Of a DNA stretch of 64,000 nucleotides, positions 11,101 to 19,365 are shown in pieces (position 1 is the stretch's first letter; every line of letters begins with the position of its first letter). Source of the DNA: a virus. A program made the translations under genes and the position numbers. Below the pieces are notes generated by a model. The model saw only the letters and a list, made by a program, of their open reading frames with translations. It had not been told where the DNA came from and made no database searches. The stretch lies in IMG/VR virus record IMGVR_UViG_3300035670_000069, positions 32,001 through 96,000 of that record. One strand, 5' to 3'.

Positions 11101-12536
11101 AGTTTAAGCATTTTGGAACTAGGATGAGAATTATTGGAAAGGTAGAGTCTAGCGAGACAAGAGGTCAAACTGCAATCAATGCAACGCCTTATTACGTTTT
11201 ATCTGGTTCACAACCCAATCAAAGTTTAAATATATCTGGAGGCTCTGGCGGAATTGCTGTGATGGTTAATCCAGATACAAACGTTGGTTATTACTTTGAA
11301 ATTATAGCCCTAACAGAAAGAAATGTTAGTGAATACTCTACAGAAGCAGACATACTTCATAATATAGTTTTTTATAAAATTTATGCTGACTCATCTGGAA
11401 ATGCCATACCAATAAAACTTTGGGGCGGATTGGGAAATATAATTGTTGACGACGGAAAGTTTACTGGACAATATAGATTTGTAGGAGAAGAGAATCCAAC
11501 AGTTTATGATCTTGCCGTTGAGTACCAAGACATAGGATCAACAAGAAGATTCTATCTTTATATAAATAACAAACTTATAGAGGTGGTAGATGATACCAGT
11601 CCATTACCAATCTATAATAATATGGCCCTGTTTGTTCGTGGCGGATCTAAGTGTATGTTTGAAAACGTTTATGCATTAACAAATAACTATAGTCAAAATA
11701 CTGTTTTTGCTTTAGATACTCCAGTAGCAGCAGCCTTTGGAGACGATGAAATTAATGCAAATGAATCGTTTAGAAAATATGCAATGAGTGGAGTTGTTCA
11801 GTCAACATATCTTGCGGGGTTAAGTACCAATCAGCCACCAAAATTTAATATGTATTTTGAAGAGTTTGGAACAATTATGAGAGAGGCTGCGTACTTAAAG
11901 GTAAGATATGACAAAGCCTATCCAGCATTATATGCACAGATATCTCCAACATTTAACAGAATAAAGGGCTATGTTGTTTCTGGATTTAGAGCAGGATCTT
12001 ACGGTGCAGAATTTTTAATATTTAATTCTACTGATACAACTCTTAATTTAGACGAAACGAGCGGTAACTATTTAAGAATTCAAGGAATTACATTTACACA
12101 ACAATCAACAAATGAGTTAAGTGTTGATAATTATTTTGCTAAAAATAGCAACTTTTCTGATCCAGAAATTAGCAAGAGCGGAATTATAATTTCTCCACTT
12201 AGGGCACAGAAGGATTATGATAAAATCAAAACAAGCAGACTGACTTACGGTAAAAAAGAATTTGTCATAGATCCACAATACATTCAAACAGAGGATGATG
12301 CAAAAGACCTAATGTCATGGATTATTCAAAAAGTAATGAGGCCAAGAAAAAATGTGGGTGTTTCAATATTTAGCACACCCATTATCCAGTTGGGAGACAT
12401 AGTAAATATTGTTTATAAAAATGAATTAGAGCAAAATGTTATAGCGCCAGAAACATCAAACTTTGTGGTATATAATATAGAATATTCTAGGGATATAGGT
12501 GGACCTAACATGACCCTATATTTGAGTGAGGTATAA
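8127..12536 (+). CDS. large minor tail / tail tip hub protein
   Basis: 1469 aa beta-rich; C-terminal PIIQLGDIV motif typical of Tal/hub proteins; synteny. Confidence 0.65.
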   Translation: MFQNEDLKSHLESSSTVKTQAAIIAEWNMNTADNIFKIGNYRYRPTASNNTEDPDFKYKIIPNTFDVNDVGNFYTGATDSDVKIDGGINPVDNEQPWFLLSQNQKNKMLYSLEDCFKRFRPRSGINKAVAMPGRKLHHSNLNMSNRPRYYMADKNDNFKYWTSYRKESGEERGIANIPLNGQHYIKDACPFVVYENEVPANRVVIKMQTNVGSIDLGPFSNASGSFSDPLYGDENRTVPSKWKIQHLKGNNWVDVISFNSSSRRSNGTQIIKNDGYVELAYGLKVPDKYKDIFIRAEEYNNESFLPEKAINGYAYLIKENDNDLGVYHIWVDGTWQTFVPEYGWYLEEETVTRLTNFVTDLTDPISFTSPTDGSNIFREFEKIRGVRVVVETMNKVNSTFDLIEISPRLVVDISEKAVSFNVQKIASDLGTSGLPVGQLLASIGSLDIFDYDDAFNDNNTGSLVNNYLSNNIQFKFYDVVVNVDGYDYLIPLKTLYSEGFPQYTPGERRVTLELRDLYFYFESIKAPEMLVTNVSLSYAISLLLDSVGFSNYTFKRIDQEKELIIPFFYIAPDKTVADILNDLAVSTQTAMFFDEYNNFVMMSKNYMMPSNGERDVDFTLYGTNDFVDSGVIENQNANVKLTNIIDIASTDKNIFNDGKINYTNRYIQRSYGSLKQATMIDNEAAAKNWIYKPALLWEITGDQSLRSINEETSTQSKYSLSAIPLNSDISANVPSVVNNQLINNVIDLGEAVYWLGRHAGYFYANGEIIRFDAIQYNIPGAEKTIIREESNGTSTFTTEISGAIGNVWISSNQEYQYYMSKLPFNGKIYPTGLVRIYTEPKYEEIDGITIMKNGEVARHGRGQFSTPVLEHKAGLNSYWSNNSYIRGMEMESKHIFGLIDGDILDNTDIAELSLTTNAAGISNTRARENVRTGVIKNFLSTSYTNEVQNNTIKSTQTGSVQASALVMSGPSFSTTETPIDFVSYQYKALDNKFKHFGTRMRIIGKVESSETRGQTAINATPYYVLSGSQPNQSLNISGGSGGIAVMVNPDTNVGYYFEIIALTERNVSEYSTEADILHNIVFYKIYADSSGNAIPIKLWGGLGNIIVDDGKFTGQYRFVGEENPTVYDLAVEYQDIGSTRRFYLYINNKLIEVVDDTSPLPIYNNMALFVRGGSKCMFENVYALTNNYSQNTVFALDTPVAAAFGDDEINANESFRKYAMSGVVQSTYLAGLSTNQPPKFNMYFEEFGTIMREAAYLKVRYDKAYPALYAQISPTFNRIKGYVVSGFRAGSYGAEFLIFNSTDTTLNLDETSGNYLRIQGITFTQQSTNELSVDNYFAKNSNFSDPEISKSGIIISPLRAQKDYDKIKTSRLTYGKKEFVIDPQYIQTEDDAKDLMSWIIQKVMRPRKNVGVSIFSTPIIQLGDIVNIVYKNELEQNVIAPETSNFVVYNIEYSRDIGGPNMTLYLSEV

Positions 12537-12537
12537 A

Positions 12538-13041
12538 ATGGCAGAAGTAAATGCAACACCTAATCTACCAAGGCTAGTAATCCCAGAGTCCGTAGAAGTA
12601 AAAAATGTAAAGCCAGCAACCCCAGATGTAATTTTGTTTGATGATGAGTCTGTTCCAATTGAGGTAATGACTGACCTTATATTTGAAAATATTGGAGGGC
12701 AGGAATTAATAAATATCGTAAGATCAGATATAGTAAATGGACAAGATGTAATATATCAGCCAATCAAGAATTTAAGTAGTGTATATTTTCAGTATAACCC
12801 ACAAAATATATTAGGTCTTCAGGATATAGATTTTAATTATTTTAAAAAGTTTCCTATTAATTTTGCAAACAAGGTGCCAGAATGCGGAACTGGGCCAGAC
12901 TGTTCTATAGTATATATTGACTCAGAAACGGGTAATTTGATAATAAATGTAGTGAATATGGCAAACGACGAACAGGTAGAGGTTTCAATAATAGCAGACG
13001 GGGCAGTGTTAGATGATACAATATACGAGGTGAATTTATGA
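12538..13041 (+). CDS. virion structural protein (tail module), hypothetical
   Basis: ORF 12526..13041; ATG 12538 after SD-like gagg preferred. Confidence 0.5.
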   Translation: MAEVNATPNLPRLVIPESVEVKNVKPATPDVILFDDESVPIEVMTDLIFENIGGQELINIVRSDIVNGQDVIYQPIKNLSSVYFQYNPQNILGLQDIDFNYFKKFPINFANKVPECGTGPDCSIVYIDSETGNLIINVVNMANDEQVEVSIIADGAVLDDTIYEVNL

Positions 13042-14156
13042 TAACTAATACAGGCAAAAGCATATTGGCAAAGTACTTAATTGGTCAGGCACCAGCATAT
13101 GCCTCATATGTTGCCGTAGGCTGTGGAGCAAAACCTTTAGCAACAAATGAAGAATTTGGAGACTATTCTGATAAAGAAACTTTAGATTTTGAAATGTTTC
13201 GAGTGCCAATTACATCTAGAGGATATGTAAATGATGCTGGAGTAAATAAAATTGTTTTAACTGCAGAGTTGCCAACAGATGAAAGGTATGAGATTTCTGA
13301 AGTAGGTATTTATTCTGCGGGAGCAAACCCATCTGCTGGAGCATACGATAGCCGTTCTCTGTTTGCCTTTACTGTAAATGAAAATTGGGAATATCACACG
13401 GAGGATACAGCAGTTGCCCTTCCAATCATATACGAACCATTGGACGGTGTTTTAGAGGATGGAAATATAAACCAAACAGATTTAGTATTTCAAACAAATT
13501 CAGACAATAGATTATTTACTAATACAGATAGAATTGCAAGATACGAACGTGCTAGATTTTTTAATAACATTGTAATGATGCGAGGAGATACATCAGAACT
13601 TAATGTATCTGGTGATCATTTAGAAATAGGAACAAATACAAACCACATTCATCTGCTTGGAACTGGATTAGACTTTAATAAAAATGCTCCAACAGATCAA
13701 ATGAAGTTAGCATTTAATATTATAAATAAAGATCCAGACCCCTCAATAGTTCCTGACGAAGTAAGAATTTTGTTAGAATTTGCAGAAAGTGATTCTCCAG
13801 GAACTGGGGAGTGGGCAAGGTTTGAAGTTATTATGGCAGCAGAAGATTATGATTTTGCTAATAATAGATATTATGTAATAACAAAAGAACTTCAAGAATT
13901 GTATAAAAGCACAGGCTTTACCTGGAACAATGTAAGTATTATAAAAATATACACAACAATAATTAATGGCGGTGTGGCCTCAGAGGATTTTTATATTGGG
14001 CTAGATGCAATTAGATTTGAAAATGTTTCTACAACAAATCCAGTATATGGATTAACTGGATATACAGTATTAAAAAATACAAATGCAGAAACTATTGTTA
14101 AGGCAGCAAATACAACAAACTATATAGAGTTTAGATTTGCGATGGATGTGCAATAG
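13038..14156 (+). CDS. tail/baseplate-associated structural protein
   Basis: N-terminal MITNTGK..LAKYL and ISEVGIYS motifs resemble tail-collar/baseplate proteins. Confidence 0.55.
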   Translation: MITNTGKSILAKYLIGQAPAYASYVAVGCGAKPLATNEEFGDYSDKETLDFEMFRVPITSRGYVNDAGVNKIVLTAELPTDERYEISEVGIYSAGANPSAGAYDSRSLFAFTVNENWEYHTEDTAVALPIIYEPLDGVLEDGNINQTDLVFQTNSDNRLFTNTDRIARYERARFFNNIVMMRGDTSELNVSGDHLEIGTNTNHIHLLGTGLDFNKNAPTDQMKLAFNIINKDPDPSIVPDEVRILLEFAESDSPGTGEWARFEVIMAAEDYDFANNRYYVITKELQELYKSTGFTWNNVSIIKIYTTIINGGVASEDFYIGLDAIRFENVSTTNPVYGLTGYTVLKNTNAETIVKAANTTNYIEFRFAMDVQ

Positions 14157-14596
14157 TGGCAACACCAGATCGTGGAATAAAAAAAATAATTATTCCTAAG
14201 TCTAGCCTACCTGGATTTTTTGGGGAAAATAAGCAATATATTTTGAGATATAGATTTGTGTCAGAAGATAAAAATAGGACCTCACATTGGTCTCCTGTTT
14301 ATAAGATTATTGCCGAAGATACTCCAACAGAAATTTTAAATAGTATTATTATAGATACTTCTAATAGAGTTGTTAATTTAGCGTGGGAGCCACAAGAAAA
14401 TTTACAGGAATACTTTATTTATGTACAGTGGAATAGCGGAGATTGGCAATATTATGCAAAAACATCTCAAACAAATTACTCTATAGTTTATGGAGTAGAT
14501 AAAGAATACATAAATGTTGCAGTCCAAACAAACACTATCCCGCTTGAAAGATTTTCAAATGCTACATTATTTGAAAATGAGGGAAGTCTGATATAA
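14156..14596 (+). CDS. hypothetical structural protein, FnIII-like C-terminus
   Basis: GTG start; VNLAWEP...YFIYV...YS pattern. Confidence 0.45.
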   Translation: MATPDRGIKKIIIPKSSLPGFFGENKQYILRYRFVSEDKNRTSHWSPVYKIIAEDTPTEILNSIIIDTSNRVVNLAWEPQENLQEYFIYVQWNSGDWQYYAKTSQTNYSIVYGVDKEYINVAVQTNTIPLERFSNATLFENEGSLI

Positions 14597-14597
14597 T
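14589..14597 (+). promoter_or_regulatory. extended -10 overlapping stop codon
   Basis: tgatataat whose TAA is the stop of 14156..14596; SD aggagg follows. Confidence 0.6.
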
Positions 14598-14612
14598 TAG
14601 ACAGGAGGAATT

Positions 14613-15056
14613 ATGGCAAAAATACCATTACCAGAACTAGGTCAACCAATAGATGTTTCTTATATCTATCAAATAGTAAACGCTATTAATGAGGTGTCTG
14701 TGCAGGTTTCTCCAGCCATCTATAAGTATGTTACAGTTGACGTCCCTAATGGCGTACAACAAAGCGCAAAGGCCTCAGAGACCCGTTTTATAGGCGGGTA
14801 TGTAGATGTAGTCAAAAGTTCGAACCAAAGCGTAGGAAGCCAACAAGCATTTACCTATAATTTTCCAGCAGATTTTAAGTTTGTTCCAATAGTAACTGCA
14901 ACCCCAGTTAATATCGGCGGAACAGAGGCTGGTAAAAATGTTTCAGTTGTATTGAAATCAGTAACGACATCAAAGGTAGATGGAGTGGTAAACTTTAATT
15001 CTGGCGGAGATGTTTCAATCGGCGTTAATATAATTATCGTCGGCATACCTAATTAA
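14613..15056 (+). CDS. small tail-fibre-like protein (H-type lectin/gp53-like C-terminus possible)
   Basis: F.ADFKFVPIVTATP ... VNIIIVG pattern. Confidence 0.45.
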   Translation: MAKIPLPELGQPIDVSYIYQIVNAINEVSVQVSPAIYKYVTVDVPNGVQQSAKASETRFIGGYVDVVKSSNQSVGSQQAFTYNFPADFKFVPIVTATPVNIGGTEAGKNVSVVLKSVTTSKVDGVVNFNSGGDVSIGVNIIIVGIPN

Positions 15057-15247
15057 TGATCAAGTGCAAAAAATGCAAAAGAAATATGATGGTAGACAGG
15101 GTTTATACATCGATATCTCATTTAGAAATTTATTGTTTGACTTGTGGCTCAAGGAGGTTTTTTCATCCACCCTCAGATTCGGAGGAAGGTAGATGGCTAC
15201 TCGTAAAGGAAATAAAACGATCGAAGAGTACAACAGCGCCCCTGTAA
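15056..15247 (+). CDS. zinc-ribbon protein
   Basis: CKKC ... CLTCG. Confidence 0.6.
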   Translation: MIKCKKCKRNMMVDRVYTSISHLEIYCLTCGSRRFFHPPSDSEEGRWLLVKEIKRSKSTTAPL

Positions 15248-15735
15248 TTCCTGGTAATAAAAAAGTTTGGTTTTTGAACGGGGACTTAGTAAGAGTTCAT
15301 CATTTAAATAAATCTAATGGAATTATGTCTGTATATAATATTACAAAAGATCAGATTGAAAGTTGTTTAATAAACGATTTTAAAAATAAAAGAGAAAGAG
15401 CATACACTGTTGGAGAAACAGCAGACCTTGTTAACAGACATAAAAAATATATGCCATCATTAATGAAACGTGGAATTATACCATTTCCAACGGGATCACA
15501 AAAGGGCGGAGCAAGAGGTTGGCAAGTTAGATCTTATTATTCTGAGTCGCAAGTAAAAGACATACGTGATATACTGGCAACGTACCATATTGGTAGGCCA
15601 CGCAAAGATAAGTTAATAACAAATGATATAACGCCTACAAAGGCTGAGTTGACACGAAGAATGGGCGATGGTATACTTACATATACGAGAACTGAAGATG
15701 GTAGATTTATACCGATTTGGTCAGAATCAATTTAG
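15193..15735 (+). CDS. MerR-like HTH DNA-binding protein
   Basis: YTVGETADLVNRH...RGIIP...RSYYSESQV pattern. Confidence 0.6.
   Translation: MATRKGNKTIEEYNSAPVIPGNKKVWFLNGDLVRVHHLNKSNGIMSVYNITKDQIESCLINDFKNKRERAYTVGETADLVNRHKKYMPSLMKRGIIPFPTGSQKGGARGWQVRSYYSESQVKDIRDILATYHIGRPRKDKLITNDITPTKAELTRRMGDGILTYTRTEDGRFIPIWSESI
15649..15677 (+). promoter_or_regulatory. sigmaA-type promoter inside CDS
   Basis: TTGACA-17 nt-TATACT with TG extension. Confidence 0.7.
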
Positions 15736-15749
15736 CAGAAGGGTATGAA

Positions 15750-15956
15750 ATGGAAGATACAAAAGTATCTGTAACACTTGGATATACACTTAATCTTGGA
15801 AACTTTCAATCGCTTAGATTAGATCTAGGCGTAACAGATTCAAAGCGTGATGGAGAAAATACAGATCAGGCCTTTGAACGTGTATACAAGTTTGTTGAAG
15901 AAAAACTAACTAACAAAATCACAGAAGCCAAAGCGGAACTAGAAGAAAGCGAATAG
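15750..15956 (+). CDS. hypothetical protein
   Basis: ORF 15717..15956, likely start ATG 15750; TLNLGNFQSLRLD. Confidence 0.6.
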   Translation: MEDTKVSVTLGYTLNLGNFQSLRLDLGVTDSKRDGENTDQAFERVYKFVEEKLTNKITEAKAELEESE

Positions 15957-15957
15957 T

Positions 15958-16266
15958 GTGACCGATAAACAGAAGCGATTGGCTCTGTTAAGTAGGTTTG
16001 ATAAACACTATAAGTTTAAATTCGGACAGGCGCCAAAGTATAACAAGTGGGTAGAACAGTGGTCTGCTGATGCTTTAATAGAATCATATGGTCTCGATGG
16101 TTGTTATGAATTGTTAGAATATTATTTTGAAGTTACGGAAAATCCAACCTGGAATCATTTCTCATATATAGCACATGATATACTGGAAGCAATACAGGCA
16201 CAAAGCAAAGATTTAAAAGAAAGACTAGAGCGTAGACAGAAGGCAAAGGAATGGCTAAGTGAATAA
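15958..16266 (+). CDS. hypothetical protein upstream of helicase (possible loader/initiator)
   Basis: GTG start, overlaps dnaB start; function inferred from position only. Confidence 0.5.
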   Translation: MTDKQKRLALLSRFDKHYKFKFGQAPKYNKWVEQWSADALIESYGLDGCYELLEYYFEVTENPTWNHFSYIAHDILEAIQAQSKDLKERLERRQKAKEWLSE

Positions 16267-17485
16267 TACAGAGTCTAAGTTAATATCAGCCGTCCTTAAA
16301 GATAAGCAAGCACATGTAATGCTTCAGGCCAACGTCGATGGAATATTAAAAACTCACTTAGATGTATGGCAGTTTATTAGAAAATACTATGAGACTAATG
16401 GGACAGTTCCGCCAACAGATCTGGTGGTTGAAAAGTTTAGGGACTTTGAGCCAGCAGATGGTGTAGGTGCCACCAAACATCATCTTGAAGAGTTACAGTC
16501 TGAATATTTAGTAAATAGTTTAAAAGATATCATTCGTGCTGCAGCAACAGATGTTCAGGGTGGTTTGGGAGTAGAGGCGCTAGAGACATTAATTACTAAA
16601 ACTGCAGAATTAAGAAAAAATACTGCAGCAATTAGGGACATTGATGTAACAGATTTAGACTCTGCAATCGGGTATTTTGAAAATCTAAAAAAACAACAAG
16701 AGGCTGGTGCACTTGGAATTAAAACTGGCTTGCCAGGATTTGACAACTATTTACCATCTGGAATCATGCCAGGACAGTTAGGAGTTTTTCTTGCATATCC
16801 AGGCATAGGAAAGTCATGGCTGTCTCTCTATTTCGCCGTACAGGCTTGGAAACAGGGTCGTAGCCCAATGATCATAAGCCTTGAGATGTCTGAGGTTGAA
16901 GTTAGAAATCGTGTCTTTGCTATTATGGGCGAAGGAGTTTGGTCACATAGAAAATTAAGTGCTGGACAGATTGAACTAGATATGCTTAAGTCGTGGCACG
17001 AAAAACATGTTAAGGGTAAGCCAGAGTTTCATATTATATCTAATGATACAGGTGGAGACATTACTCCTTTAGTTTTAAGGGGAAAGATAGATCAATATAA
17101 ACCAGATTTTGTTATTGTAGATTACCTACAACTTATGTCTCCAAACCAAAAGTCTGATAATGAAACGATTAGAATGAAAAATTTATCTCGTGAACTAAAG
17201 TTAATGGCAATTTCAGAAGAAGTTCCTATTATTGCTATTTCTTCTGCTACTCCTGATGATGTAACTAAACTTGAAACCGTTCCAACTCTTGGTCAAACTG
17301 CATGGTCAAGACAGATTGCCTACGATGCTGACTGGGTATTAGCATTAGGTCGTGGCACAAATAGTGATATTATAGAGTGTGTTTTTAGAAAGAATCGTAA
17401 TGGTTTTATGGGAGAATTCTTAGTCCAGGCCGATTTTGATAAGGGATATTACAGATATAAAGATTATGAAGATAAGTCAGTATAA
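16259..17485 (+). CDS. dnaB: replicative DNA helicase DnaB-like
   Basis: Walker A AYPGIGKS, SLEMS, VIVDYLQLM, KNRNG. Confidence 0.93.
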   Translation: MNNTESKLISAVLKDKQAHVMLQANVDGILKTHLDVWQFIRKYYETNGTVPPTDLVVEKFRDFEPADGVGATKHHLEELQSEYLVNSLKDIIRAAATDVQGGLGVEALETLITKTAELRKNTAAIRDIDVTDLDSAIGYFENLKKQQEAGALGIKTGLPGFDNYLPSGIMPGQLGVFLAYPGIGKSWLSLYFAVQAWKQGRSPMIISLEMSEVEVRNRVFAIMGEGVWSHRKLSAGQIELDMLKSWHEKHVKGKPEFHIISNDTGGDITPLVLRGKIDQYKPDFVIVDYLQLMSPNQKSDNETIRMKNLSRELKLMAISEEVPIIAISSATPDDVTKLETVPTLGQTAWSRQIAYDADWVLALGRGTNSDIIECVFRKNRNGFMGEFLVQADFDKGYYRYKDYEDKSV

Positions 17486-17493
17486 TATGTTCC

Positions 17494-17820
17494 ATGGAAA
17501 TGTATCAGCACAAGCCTATAAAAAGGTTTGGTTTGGATGGGGTAATTTATGATGACTCATCCATATATAGATTACAGCAAGAATATATTAGGCTTGTTGT
17601 TATGGAAATGCGTCTATCTGGATATGTTCCAAGACTTGACATTGATCCACAATTTACGATAGAATATAATGAGAATAAAAACACATATAACTTTACATTA
17701 AGCATATATGGAATATATACAGGGAGAAAAAAGAGCGAATGTATAATAGGGATAGACGGAACGAGACCAATATATACACAGCCAATCAAATTAAAAGAGT
17801 ACTCGCAGGATCTGGCATAA
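17494..17820 (+). CDS. hypothetical protein, probably leaderless
   Basis: TATAAT 17481-17486 lies 7 nt before ATG. Confidence 0.6.
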   Translation: MEMYQHKPIKRFGLDGVIYDDSSIYRLQQEYIRLVVMEMRLSGYVPRLDIDPQFTIEYNENKNTYNFTLSIYGIYTGRKKSECIIGIDGTRPIYTQPIKLKEYSQDLA

Positions 17821-18683
17821 CTGTTGAAAAAGAAACAGAGTCAGAGTATATAGTATTTTGTCCCTTTCATTCAAATCACAGAACCCCTGCTGGAGAAATA
17901 AATAAGTTTTCTGGATTATTTTTTTGTTTTTCATGTAGCAAAACTGCAGACCTAATTGAACTTGTCATGCATTTTTCTAATAGAACATATTTTGAATCTA
18001 TAAGATTTATTAAGAGTAAAGAGGTAGAGATAGATATAATTGCTGACATTTCTTCAAAGTTAAAAGATAAAGAAGAGTGGTCTGAATTTGATAGTAATAC
18101 AATTAATAGGCTATGCGATCAGGCAATACACAGTGCTAGGGCAGTTGATTATTTTAAGATTAGAAAAATCTCTTTAGACTCAATCAAAAACTTTAAACTT
18201 GGTTATTCAGAAACACAAGATATGGTAACTGTGCCAGTTCATAATCATGAGGGGGTATGTGTTGGATTTGTTGCAAGATCTATTGAGGGAAAAGATTTTA
18301 AGAATACTCCAGGTTTGCCAAAATCTAAAATATTATTTAATTTAAATCGTGTAAAAAATGCCAGCAGGGTCTATGTTGTAGAATCCTCTTTTGATGCTAT
18401 TAGGCTTGACCAAGTTGGTATGCCAGCAGTAGCAACTCTTGGCGCTAATATATCGTTAAAGCAAACTGATTTGCTTAAAAGGTACTTTAGTGATATAATA
18501 ATTATTGCTGATAATGATGAGGCTGGGGGTAACATGAAAGACAAAATAATCGAAAGATTAGGCTCAAGTGTTACTGTTGTAAATATAGACAAGCAGTACA
18601 AAGATATTGGCGATATGGAAGATAAGTCAATAAAAGAACTGGATTTACAGTTTGACAAATCAATAGTTTCCATGCTAAACTAG
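17739..18683 (+). CDS. dnaG: DNA primase (CHC2 zinc finger + TOPRIM)
   Basis: CPFH...CFSC, VVESSFDA, IADNDEAG. Confidence 0.9.
   Translation: MYNRDRRNETNIYTANQIKRVLAGSGITVEKETESEYIVFCPFHSNHRTPAGEINKFSGLFFCFSCSKTADLIELVMHFSNRTYFESIRFIKSKEVEIDIIADISSKLKDKEEWSEFDSNTINRLCDQAIHSARAVDYFKIRKISLDSIKNFKLGYSETQDMVTVPVHNHEGVCVGFVARSIEGKDFKNTPGLPKSKILFNLNRVKNASRVYVVESSFDAIRLDQVGMPAVATLGANISLKQTDLLKRYFSDIIIIADNDEAGGNMKDKIIERLGSSVTVVNIDKQYKDIGDMEDKSIKELDLQFDKSIVSMLN
18652..18681 (+). promoter_or_regulatory. sigmaA-type promoter in primase 3' end
   Basis: TTGACA-18 nt-TAAACT with TG extension, upstream of SD aaggag and ATG 18703. Confidence 0.6.
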
Positions 18684-18702
18684 AAAAAACAAAGGAGAAA
18701 AA

Positions 18703-19362
18703 ATGAGCGTTATTAAAGGACTAAAGAATATCAATGCCTTGCTCGATAAGAAAAATGATGAAGGCGCACCAAAGGTAAAGTGGCTAAAGTTGGCAGATGG
18801 TCAGTCTGTAAAGATTAGATTCATCGAAGAATTAGACGAAGACTCTGCACACTACAATGCAGATCGTGGACTTGCTCTTGTTGTTAAAGAGCATACAAAT
18901 CCAAAAGATTATAAGCGTAAGGCTGTAGATACAATGGATGCTGAGGGTCGTGACTGGGCAGAGGAAATGTACCGAAAAGATCCAAAGGGAAATAGCGGAT
19001 GGCGTGGCCGTCTTCGTTTCTATTGCAACGTTTTGGTTGATGACGGAATTGAGTCACCATATGTGGCAATTTGGTCAATGGGTGTAAGTAAGCAATCAGC
19101 ATTTAATACTATTCGTGAATATGCACTTGAGACTGGAAGCATTTCTAATCTTCAGTGGAAGTTAAAGCGAAACGGTCAGGGAACAGAAACATCATATACC
19201 CTTATCCCATCTGCTCCAGACAAGGAGCCTTTTACATGGGAAGGTATTGAACCATATCCACTAGAGAAGGCATTACGTCGTGTGCCTTATGCAGAACAAG
19301 AAGCGTTCTATCTAGGATTTGATTCTCCATCTACTACATCAGCGACTAACATCGACTGGTAG
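18703..19362 (+). CDS. phage single-stranded DNA-binding protein (gp32-like)
   Basis: KLADGQSVKIRF, KLKRNGQGTETSYTLIP, tail ending IDW; lies between primase and polymerase. Confidence 0.7.
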   Translation: MSVIKGLKNINALLDKKNDEGAPKVKWLKLADGQSVKIRFIEELDEDSAHYNADRGLALVVKEHTNPKDYKRKAVDTMDAEGRDWAEEMYRKDPKGNSGWRGRLRFYCNVLVDDGIESPYVAIWSMGVSKQSAFNTIREYALETGSISNLQWKLKRNGQGTETSYTLIPSAPDKEPFTWEGIEPYPLEKALRRVPYAEQEAFYLGFDSPSTTSATNIDW

Positions 19363-19365
19363 TAG